Shown piece after piece: positions 51,829 through 64,000 of a stretch of 64,000 nt of DNA. The notes beneath the pieces are model-generated. The model saw only the letters and a list, made by a program, of their open reading frames with translations. It made no database searches and was not told the DNA's origin. The stretch is from Octopus bimaculoides (Eukaryota). A program made the position numbers and the translations under genes. Every line of letters starts with the position of its first letter. Within the stretch, counting starts at the first letter, position 1. Location: positions 53,926,844 through 53,990,843 of the forward strand of contig NC_068995.1 of the NCBI RefSeq assembly GCF_001194135.2, read 5' to 3'.

Positions 51829-52591
51829 GAACGATAGGTCGATACAAATAAATAGATAGACAGATACATAGAGTTGAATCTCGTTTCGCAAACTAAATGT
51901 AAACTTCGCCTTTCGACAGATATCCATTAAATAAACACAAAATTGAAAGAAATATGAATATCAAAATGGTCGACTTTGTGACCTGACGATGATAGCCTAG
52001 TATGACTGCTCACAAACCAGTGAAACTAAAGCCTGAACATTAGAGCAAGAATCCGTTTTCTGTTTCACCATTATTGTTGAAGAGGGTTTGTAATCTAACG
52101 AGTGAGCACAAAACTGTGGTTACTGAATGCGTAATATAGGCTATAAAATTGTTTAACGAATGTAGTTAGGATATTACGAACATTTATGTGAAGATTTTAT
52201 GGATTTAGTACACATATGGCACTTAATCCCATCCTGATCACAGTTGTATATTTGGCAATATAAATACCAGGAATATATCTACATCATCTATCTTTATAAT
52301 TAACTTTATCATAAGATTCAGGTCTTAAGATTTCAGATGTACATTATAAACACTTAATTTCACTTTAGAATCTCTTTTTTATGTCTAAATTAGACTTCTT
52401 GGTTGATAACGAATACTGCATGCGTCTATATTTTAGTATCTATACATTCAGAATATATCTTATTAATGCTCACCAAATGCTTCTAAGATATTTTAAATAC
52501 ACAAATATACTGTATTAACATTTGTATGCATAGTATTATCAATTTAGTTACAGCTAAGATATAAATATTAACCTATTCAACAACATCTAAC

Positions 52592-52722
<131 letters not shown>

Positions 52723-55700
52723 CATGTGAGAAAACTATCATGTATGAAAAGAAGGCTACTTAACGTCAAAGTCCTTAAACCTTCGCTTTCCTCTTATAAC
52801 TCAACCGATCTTTCTGGTCAGTTGCCAAAAGAAGTACCATCACCTTTATTGTGGAATGTATGCGAATATGTATAGCTAATTTATATCAGCCGTTACTAGT
52901 ATTTAGTCTGTTAGTAGTGTCTCCATAGAGAGACATTTCATACAAGTTTAAATACCACCGCAGGACTGAAACTGCTACTGTTTCTCCTCCATTTTCTTTC
53001 CACGCAAACACATTATAAAAAGGAGAGGTTTCTACGCATGCATTACATAGGTTTTTGTAAATATACATCTATTGCTTAAATTGGTTAAAATATCTCTATT
53101 ATTTTTTATATACACGTACATACTACACACGTGTTTGTTTGTGTGCGCTTATGCGTATGTATATATATATATATGTATAATCAGCAATGAAACAGTAAAA
53201 CTTTGTGAATACAAAACAGAGGAAAACAGAGAAAGTTAGGGGAAGTTAATATGTGCCGAGTTAGAATATTAGAATACGTGATTAGTGACATTTGTATAAT
53301 TTGCATCAAAAGCAATATACTTAAACGTTATCACTCAAGTGATCTGGAAATTATAATGAAAGACGCAGAATAGGATAAACAATATGAGCTTGGAGAAAAG
53401 GAAATTGATAATCTGTGGGATAGAACGTAAGGATGAAAGAAAGATCTAGCGCTCTTTTAATTACAAATGGCTTTTGCATGAAAAAATATGCTACCATGTT
53501 TGCAAGTTCTATCGAATTTAGCATAACCTTTTGGCATTTCTATTCTTTTTTTCTAAGATTTCCAATCAATAAACGAAGCAAATATATCCATACATCAGAT
53601 GCCTTTTACTCTGCACCATGTTTTTTTTTTATATTCTTCCTCCAATTTGAAATGCAAATTATTACTAATGAAGCAAATGAACTTTTTAATTTAGTAGTTG
53701 AAAATGTATTCATCGTTTCACGTTCGGTAGTTTGTTTTTGTCATTACGACTGAGGCCATGCTGGAGCACCATCTTCAAATATATTGTATTAATTATTAGC
53801 TTTCCAACCTGTCTGACTATCGAAGGATGTATGAGTATGCGTCTGGTGCACTGAAAAAGTTTTGAATCCAAGAATTTTCGAGTATTCTTTCTCATTATTT
53901 GATAACATTTTCTCACTTCACTTTATGCAAATATCAATTAATTTCTGTCCTTCAATGATTTCAGATTAATATTCTCTCTATTTCTTTTTCCTTCCCCGCT
54001 ATCTCGTCAATTATTTCTTGTCAGTTAGCTTTAGGTCGGTTCTTTTGCACCGTAGCTATGATGATCGGCATTCCAAAAGAGGCAATGTCTTGTTATTCAC
54101 AAGGTCAGCACTATGAAGATCACGCGTTCTAAATTGTCCTCGCCCAAATGAAATATTGTGATTTGAGGGACAATTACGTGTTAGTTCTAGTAGATAAAAC
54201 GACCGCATAACTGTTTTCTACTTGTAGCAAAGGAGCACATAGGGACCTAACTTAATAAAATATATATATATTGAAGTATCTATTTATTTCTCATTCAACT
54301 TATAATTTAGTAGTGCAACAGTGAGTACAATACCGTATCGACATCATGCTTCACCGCAGACACAGCATAAACGTTGTTCAGGATTTGTAATTTTTCATCA
54401 ATTGGATTTTGAAGAATTTCCTTCCTTGCAAAACTGATTGATAGATAGGTAAAAACATAAATGCATGGAGAACAAGTACCCCACTTCTAATACTGGTGGT
54501 ATTGTGATGCTCAACAAGGGAACGATTAGGGTTTACTAAAAGATGCATGCGTCACCCTCATCAAGCTGTCTTTTGTATATCTAAATCTATATGATACCTA
54601 AGGTATTTTTCGATATTATTACACACATGTCTTCGTCCTTTGTTTTTTTTTTTGTAAATTCTCACTATATATGTGTGTGTATTCTTAAATTGTGAATTCC
54701 GTTAGTCTATAGAACATGCTTATCAATTTATATCGTTCGAAATCTGGTTTATGAATCATGCCTNNNNNNNNNNTATATATAAGGTATGTATATATGCCTG
54801 TGTATGTATGTGTTTATGTATTAATGTGTGCAAAGTGTTCGTCATGATGCAACTCCTCTCTTGTGCAAATTTTCTTTGAAATAGCATTACATGAACCATT
54901 CGAAATTTGGTGTTCCAACTATTTGCTAGTTTTCAACTACTCGTTAGTGTCGGCATAAGATCTATCAAAACCTTTATTCTACCGTTAAATGCAGAAGTTA
55001 CCGGCGCTTTGTACACAGCCATAAATATACAGAATATCGTGATATGTGTTTACAAATGCAAGGGATAATAGTAAGCAAATATACATACACACAAACAAAC
55101 ATACACACATATATCTTTTGGACTTTGTACTTGTGTGCATGTATGCATGCGCAGATTTTGTGAGAGTATTTTGTGTGATTTTTTTGTACATATAGTATTG
55201 AATCTAAATACTGCAATAATTTTGTGAGTTGATCACACAGAAGCTACTCGTTAAAATAATCGGTTTCTAAAATGATGTTATATTACCCAGAAATCCACGT
55301 TTATCTCTCTCTTATCAGAAATGAAAGAACAAGAATGGCAAAAGGATTTGGTATATAAAACATTACACGGAGTACCAAAATCACTGACTGATATTTTACT
55401 GCTGATATTATAGACATAATTTACGCTATCTTTTACTAGCAACGACAAAAGTAAGTAAAATACATTTTAGAGAAAGAGTATCTGTTTTTATAATAAGGTC
55501 CTACAAAGCTTTGTTCTCAGTTATCAAATCGAGAAACCCACCAAGAAGAATAGGAAAAAAATAATCAAGAAAACGTCTTTAAAGATATTCCTCATAAAAT
55601 ATAGTAAACGCTATGTACATCCTACAGGAGGAACGTAATCTATCAAATAGTATAACCAGAGCAGACATGAATTTTATTTTTACAAAGCCAAACAATGATT

Positions 55701-55878
55701 TACATGTTTATTGCATCTTTTAGCTATTGCAATGGATTTCATTGTCTTGATTTATGCTTTATCTGTGCATACGGATATATGAAACAAACATAAACGAAGA
55801 TGATGGTTTTGTTCAGGGAAGTAAATCTGACCATCTTTGAACTGGAGCAGCATCTTATTTCCTGAAAATTCTCCCAGC

Positions 55879-55929
<51 letters not shown>

Positions 55930-56632
55930 GAAAGTGAAATCACAAATCTCTTTTGGTTTTCATATCAGAGGAAAATATATAATTCACCTAGGAAGAAGCA
56001 AATGTTTATTATTATACATCAACAAAATGCGTTACAAAAAAGTTATATTTTACCAGAATATAGCGACAGTTTATTACATAATATATGATGTAGGGTGTGT
56101 GGAACCTGTAGTTACAGAACCAGCTGAATGATGGGCAAAGCTCTGTGTAAAATTTACTTGTCGGATAACAGTCTTCGGTTCAACCGACAAATCACGCCTG
56201 TGAGGTTGTCTCTAGAGGGTTCAATGACCGGCTTGAAATATTAATCATCTCTCACGTCACACTTAATCTTAGTAAGAAAGAACAAATCATAGAATATTGT
56301 TCTGAGTTACCTGCCTATGGAAACTAGCCAGATCGATCACTGATACATTACCTCGGTTCATACGATTCTTCCATCAAATGGAACATACTACTAAATAGCA
56401 AGAACAACAGCACCGAAAAAGCTTTTTTTGCGATCATTCGTCCGGCTATAAGTAATAGTCGAATCTGATTCAAATCAGATTCTACTCTCTTTAAAAGAAG
56501 AGGACACATAATATAATATAGTTCTAGGCAATGATAAATGATTTACGCGTCTAGGACTGACCTGGGGAGAAAATATGGCATCAGCGCCATTGTTTACAAA
56601 GCAGAGTATTGGTTTGTGCATTTCATCGCTAC

Positions 56633-56688
<56 letters not shown>

Positions 56689-56723
56689 TGGCGTAGTGGT
56701 TAAGAGCGCCGTCTACTAACCCC
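56689..56723 (+). mobile_element. Truncated tRNA-like head of the PLE-associated element, directly after (TTA)n
   Basis: TGGCGTAGTGGTTAAGAGCGCCGTCTACTAACCCC matches the revcomp of 25680-25714 at 30/35 positions. Confidence 0.7.
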
Positions 56724-58759
56724 TACTGAGCGTCCATAACTTTTTTCGATTTGTCGGAATTTCGTGCAATAACCTTTGTGGTTCTCATGGTTCGTTGGTG
56801 GAAATATATTGTATGACGCAGTTTCAAACAGAATTTCGTTCGAACTACACTTGTGAGGGGAATAATACTTGCACAAGTATTCAATGAGTCAAAAGACTGA
56901 ATATCTTATCGTGAAGACCAACGTAGAACTCATTAACTTCACAACATAATTTCCACCCAATTTTATGAGTTTAAGCTTACCTAAGCAATTTTTAAAAATA
57001 CTATAATATCATTAATACTACAGTATCATCCATTACACATATAGTCAGTTATTTTATTCAAATTATTCTTTGATATTTCTACCCCCTCAACTCATTTTAA
57101 TTTCATTTACCGTTTCATGGTGTTTTATTAACTCAAGTTACACTTCAATGCTACATGCAATTTATCCAGTGCATTAAATATTAATGTAGCATACATTTTG
57201 TTTTGGTTCAATCCAGTGTCACTTACATCGCTTGAAAATAATATACTGCACATCACATTATTGTAGCATGCCCTATCATCTTCCTTCGTTACATCACCAA
57301 CTAGTGTATCTTTCAGATATAATAACACATATGTATGAATGCAAGTATGTGTATATACAGCAATGTGTATTTGTTTTTGTGTGTATTTGAATGTTGTAAG
57401 GCACGATATTTTATTTGAAATAATTTTCTCTCTGCGCATGAACAATTATTAACAAACATTAGCATTATAAAGAGATAATTGCAAAACATTAAAAATAAAT
57501 TTTCGCATGCGAGAGAAAACAGAATCGGATTCTTATTTGCAGGCGGAGCATTACTAAGGATACATTCCACGTCACTTGACAACTGCAAAACAGTTCGACA
57601 TTATCTTGCCTAATGATTTAGCTTGTTCCATTTTCGTATAGAGGCGACAATTATCCGGACGAATTAATCTCTAAAAATCATACTAAGTAGGAGTTAAGAG
57701 AAACGACTCAAAGGAAACGCTGGCACTACTCTAGATAATTAAGTTAGAGTGTCTGCTGCATGCTGTACATTATACGTTCTTTACTGAAGTTTCCATTTGA
57801 ATCAGAGGCAGGAAAAAAGATCTGACGAAATTGTTAGAGACCTTAACAAGAAAGGGAGATAATTTCAAGCAATTTAATATTCAAACGAATTTGCATGCTT
57901 GGGTAAATGTGATTTCATACATGTATGTATGTATGTATGTATGTATGTATGTATGTATGTATGTATGTATGTGTATGTGTATGTGTATGTGTGTATATGA
58001 TGGACATCAAACTCTCAATTTTTTCGAAGAGCAATATGCATATATGTAATATACGGATTTTGTCTTTCGTAATTTTTCTACCTACAACTCTATTTGGTAT
58101 CAATCCCAGAAAAAGCTAATTCTCTTAAGACCAATTATTTTATTTACCAAAAATTAACACAGAGGTTAATCCGTGGATTCTTCAGAATGAATCATGTGAC
58201 ACCATTCGTGTGTGAAATTATTTGCTGACTTCTAAGGGAATACAATTGGGAACGAAAAACACAAAAAAAACCCCACCTAACACAAAGCACTCGCTTAACT
58301 GCAGAAGTAACATAAATAATAACAACAAAAACAGAAAAATGAATACGTAAAAGTACATAGAAAACAAGACATTTTCTAACGTTTATAAATTGTTTATATA
58401 TATATGTAAAAAAACACGAAGAGCAAAATTTGGAAAAATTGTTAATACACTATAACACTATGTTCCTTGCATGACAAATGTACTACGACTGAATGAGAAG
58501 GAAATAGGATGTTTTGCAAAATTCTCAATATAATTGAAATATCAAGGAGAATCATTCGGAATATTGCATAGCAACGGAGATATCAACAAAGACACACAGG
58601 AAAGCAATTTACAGTCAGTAGCGTAGTTAATACGTTTGAATTTTCCATCAAATATTTGAACAGTATTCATAATAATATGCACGTATATTTTTGTATGTAT
58701 GTATATACTTATATATATAATATGTATGTCTATATATAAATATATACACATACCAATGT

Positions 58760-58814
<55 letters not shown>

Positions 58815-59266
58815 GTATGTTGTTTTTATATATATATATATAGGTATGTATATATATATATATATATCAAACTCTTCCTCATTTTATATATGTATGTATA
58901 ACTCTCATTATTGATGCAAAACAGAAATATATACATTCTTATCCATATACACACGCATGTACGTATACACATTCACACACGTATATACATGTATGAATGA
59001 TTGTACAAGTGTATTTACTTAACGGAAACTTCTTTCACTGAAAACAATTCTATACCGTGTTTTCACATATTGTTCATATTTAAGGAATAATTCATCCAAA
59101 CTATTATGTACATTTAAATGTATATTCATACATACATCTATACGTACAANNNNNNNNNNNNNNNNNNNNNNNNNNNNNNNNNNNNNNNNNNNNNNNNNNN
59201 NNNNNNNNNNNNNNNNNNNNNNNNNNNNNNNNNNNNNNNNNNNNNNNNNNNNNNNNNNNNNNNNNN

Positions 59267-59310
<44 letters not shown>

Positions 59311-61860
59311 CTGAGTTTCAGAAAAACTCAACCTGCCAAAAGTACGGATGTCCCTGCGTACGTTCAAAGCCTATCTACCAATAACTCGAGACGATGTACT
59401 ATGGAATACAATACCGAAGCTGAGCATTAGCAATAACTGTATCCATTCCGCGCTTGAATGCAGGTTTTACTTGTAGATTACGCCGAAGGTAGACCTGGAA
59501 GTTCAAATATAAATATTGCAGCGAATACTTTGTATGTTGTGACTATTTTAACATGGCCTACTATAGCAACACTGTACATGCACGCCATATCTTCGTGACC
59601 GGCTTTCGTTTGTCTGAGATCATATCAGTCTAGGTATGCCATAACTCCTAGATATTATAATGATTAAAGATATAGACCAATGAATGGTAAGAGGAATAGT
59701 AACTGAAATAAACATAACAGCTTGTTGCATCTAAAATAACATCAATAAAAACATCAAATGTTGCAGCAATAGTAGCAGCTGCTGCAACACTAGAAGTAGT
59801 AGTAGTAGCAGTTGTTGTTGTCGTAGTGATGATAATGGCAGTGATGATGATGATAATAATAATATTCATTTCTACTACAGGCCTAACACCTAAAACGTTG
59901 AGGACGTGATTTAGTTAGCTTCATCATACGTATGAGTTAACGTATGAGTTAACTCATGTTAAAATAATAATAATAATAATGATGCTGATGATGACGACGA
60001 CGCCAACACAGATGAGGATATTAATAATCTTTCTAATATATGTATGTATAAGGCTGGCAATCATTTGACAGAAAGTGTTAGTCAAAGTCACTGAATCGCG
60101 TACTTGACTAATGCTATATATTTATCGACATTTGCGGGATTTGGATTCAGCATGTCGAGAGTTCGAAGAAATTTCGCATCCAGAAGAACTGCAGCAACAA
60201 AAGTAATAAATATATTAAAAATATAATATACAGTTTATTATAAGAATCTCTTTCAATGCATTTGAAGACCCTACTTTGTCTAATAAGCGTTGGCTTAATC
60301 ATCGTTGGCAAGTCGATTTGAAGCAAAACACCAGAGAATGAAGCATATGCAAATGAATTACAAATTTGCAAGAAGGGTGACAGTATGATAAATTTTACAT
60401 CAACTCTCCAATATTGATGCCATTCAGTGGTTGATCATATCGTTCGCTACCTATTTACAGGTTCATGCAGTAAAGCGATGAAGGAATAAGTTTCGTACTC
60501 ACGGCAGATGTTCCTTAACGCAACACAAAATTTAGTGGTTATTAATCTCTGAAATAGAAACTCGATATCCGACGTGCTACGAGATTCAGACCAGGAATAA
60601 TATGTTATAATATTTTAATTCGATATACGTAGAAGCTGCTTTATAGAAGGCCGATATTAGATTAAATAATCAGCCTTCACCACAAATGTTCTATCAGCAA
60701 AAATGTTAATTTTCTTGCGAATGGTAAGAATTAAAAACTGTAATTAGTAATTACCACAAAACCTATTTAAGGAAATAAACCGATTTAAACCGATTTTACT
60801 AAACCGATTTCAAGAAATTTCATCTAGTGCATAGCAGTATTTATATCCCTCTAATACAATATGCTACTTGTAAATATCAGGTATTTTGACTACACTTGGG
60901 GTGGCTATATTTAGTTACATACTGTCTCAAAACTTATAAATTGGTAGCAAGCATACCTTCGTTAATTATAAAGTTCTCTGAGTACAGAACAGCATCAAAA
61001 CAATTACACACGGGATGTGGGGGGCGGATATCTCATTACTTAATTCCATCACATTAAGATTTCACCGATAACACTTTTTCCCCCTTTTTACCACTGGTTT
61101 CTAGTTAATAAGTGCAAGGTTTATAAAGGGCTTGAATCATTCGTTTATGCATCATTTTAAAGAAATATGCGCGCATGTGTTTATCTGAGAAATAATTACT
61201 ACTAATTATTTACTCATTAGTGAGTATTTAATTATTAGCAATATCAGTTATTATTTTAATTATCATTCAAAACAATTATGTTGAAATTAAATCATCAGTA
61301 GAAATAGATAAATGATCGGAATCGTACTATATATATAATAATAATAATATATATCTTTTAATCTATTTGTATACTGTAGATGAGCAGTGGATACGCTCGT
61401 GTTGTGTGAAGACAACATCTAGGTTCGAGTTTTGTCGATAGTATTCCTTCTTGCGCGGCTCCTCTCTTGCAGGCTATGCAAAAATATTTACCAGATATAT
61501 CCATCTCAGTTTCTTTTTAAAAATTAGAGTTTTTTGTGTGTAACAACAAAACCTCCCCTTCTGAGACGTTTATACACTGTAAAGATTATACATTGTCAAA
61601 TTGAATATTGGAAGAGAAAGATCTAAAAGAATATAATCGAGATTTTTAACTTCCAAATCTAACGGAACAAGAAAACAGTGCGAAACATTTTTCACAAAGT
61701 ATTTTGATTTATGGCAGCATACAATGATTTCATTCTCAAAAGATTTCTATAATCCTTGAGGAAAAACTACTACAGTTGTTGCTGCCCTTGGATACAATTG
61801 TAGTAACAAGCATAAAAATCTGAAAAAATCTGATAGAAATCTAAAAAGATACACATACAG

Positions 61861-62038
61861 ATACATATATATATAGATATATTCACCTATACATACATAG
61901 ACTCATGTATATATATGTATCTATATGTGTTTCCATGTATGAATGTATGTGTTTGTGTGTGAGTATACATATATATATAGATATATTCACCTATACATAC
62001 ATAGACTCATGTATATATATGTATCTATATGTGTTTCC
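61861..62038. repeat. 104-bp period tandem repeat running into a gap
   Basis: atacatatatatatagatatattcacctatacatacatagactcatg...gtgtttcc at 61861 and 61965. Confidence 0.9.
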
Positions 62039-63670
62039 NNNNNNNNNNNNNNNNNNNNNNNNNNNNNNNNNNNNNNNNNNNNNNNNNNNNNNNNNNNNNN
62101 NNNNNNNNNNNNNNNNNNNNNNNNNNNNNNNNNNNNNNNNNNNNNNNNNNNNNNNNNNNNNNNNNNNNNNNNNNNNNNNNNNNNNNNNNNNNNNNNNNNN
62201 NNNNNNNNNNNNNNNNNNNNNNNNNNNNNNNNNNNNNNNNNNNNNNNNNNNNNNNNNNNNNNNNNNNNNNNNNNNNNNNNNNNNNNNNNNNNNNNNNNNN
62301 NNNNNNNNNNNNNNNNNNNNNNNNNNNNNNNNNNNNNNNNNNNNNNNNNNNNNNNNNNNNNNNNNNNNNNNNNNNNNNNNNNNNNNNNNNNNNNNNNNNN
62401 NNNNNNNNNNNNNNNNNNNNNNNNNNNNNNNNNNNNNNNNNNNNNNNNNNNNNNNNNNNNNNNNNNNNNNNNNNNNNNNNNNNNNNNNNNNNNNNNNNNN
62501 NNNNNNNNNNNNNNNNNNNNNNNNNNNNNNNNNNNNNNNNNNNNNNNNNNNNNNNNNNNNNNNNNNNNNNNNNNNNNNNNNNNNNNNNNNNNNNNNNNNN
62601 NNNNNNNNNNNNNNNNNNNNNNNNNNNNNNNNNNNNNNNNNNNNNNNNNNNNNNNNNNNNNNNNNNNNNNNNNNNNNNNNNNNNNNNNNNNNNNNNNNNN
62701 NNNNNNNNNNNNNNNNNNNNNNNNNNNNNNNNNNNNNNNNNNNNNATATATATATATATATATATATATAATTGAGAAAGTAAACGGTTACAGAATGACA
62801 TGATGCAATTATTTATTTGCACAAATGTCAGATGACAGGAAACCAATGTCTATGTTTTCATTCCCACATGAGAGTATTTCTTATTTATTTGATTTTTTTT
62901 CTTCTTCTCGTTATTTCAAATAAGTTTGTGTCTAAAACAACTTTGTTATGGTCATCTATAATGCCTGCGTAATAATAACTAGTATTAAACTGGTAATTTT
63001 AGAACAAAGCTGAGAAGTATTCGTATTACATAGACTGTGCTTATCTTAATGGAATTATTCAGAGAATAAATGTTGTTAAGGATATTAACGTTAGTTATTC
63101 TAGTTTGTTTCTGTATTTATATTTTATTTATTTTTATAATTATCAGTTCTCTATTTCATATACACATTACAACACACAACATAAAAACGAAATAAAACGA
63201 ATAAATACGATATTAATCTCTATAAACTGTAGCTTAACTTCACAACGCTTTACCAATAAACTCATTACAGTTAATGAGCTGATAAATAAGTAAGAGCTGA
63301 AACGTTAAATTGGAAGTAATAAGTTATGAGCAAGAACAAACAAATAAATAAATAAAAATGCAAATGAAAAAATAACGATAAATTTTTTGACACATTCATC
63401 TCAAATTTCATTTAGGACTCTACTATGCTGCTTCACCTCAATGGCGATTCACGTGTACGGGAATACCATCTCCCACATCAATTAAATATTATGTTTACTT
63501 TTGGACAGTTAGATAAAGAAATTGATTGACGAATGAGGTAATTTACTCGGTTATTCGCAATGTCTCATGGGTAACCTGTCAATAACTCTGTTGTTTTTCA
63601 TCGATAACTATTTGATAAGCTGCAGTAATAACTATACATACACACACACATAAACACGCAAACGAACGCG

Positions 63671-63714
<44 letters not shown>

Positions 63715-64000
63715 ATATATAAACGTAGTTTTACATAAGCACCTATATACGTACGCACGCACGCATAGACGGATTCATACACAAAAGCAATTCTTACAGT
63801 TGTAGTGCAACATCAAATGCTATAATAATGAAATTGAGAATAAGAAGCCAAAGGAACATATAACGAATAACGAACAAGAGAAACAGGAATCAGCGTTAAG
63901 CTAGATTTATTTAGAATGTAAAGTTTTAAGCAAGAATGAAAACAGTTAACACTTCACTTATAATACAGTCCCGGCAATATATCTATATATATATATATAT

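Noticed and set aside
59944-59957. 14-bp palindrome ATGAGTTAACTCAT next to a 12-bp duplication
   Set aside because: Consistent with local slippage or foldback; no context for function.

Overview
AT-rich, microsatellite-dense eukaryotic (metazoan) genomic DNA with ten N-gaps, most bracketed by dinucleotide repeats. The SINE families, (TA)n/(CA)n load and base composition point to an octopus/coleoid short-read assembly; this is inference from recalled repeat sequences, not a database search. No recognisable host protein-coding gene, rRNA, intact tRNA or CRISPR array was found. Most listed ORFs are microsatellite or gap artefacts. What can be supported is a layer of decayed mobile elements: a HERO-like RLE non-LTR 3' end, an R4/Dong-like 3' end next to a (TAA)n array, Penelope-like (PLE) RT and GIY-YIG remnants, CR1/L2-like RT remnants, three Tc1/mariner remnants (one MITE-like with bipartite TIRs) and many tRNA-derived SINEs. 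The most interesting signals are RNA-structural: (i) minimal type I hammerhead ribozymes of two PLE families (9347-9392 and 39949-39996); (ii) a PLE insertion with an inverted pLTR, a putative 12-bp TSD and a tRNA-like Pol III promoter between the GIY-YIG stop and the ribozyme; (iii) hammerhead core boxes in a split order in the HERO 3' UTR. A few low-confidence orphan exon candidates are also listed (+ strand 15.3-15.7 kb; - strand 45-46.4 kb).
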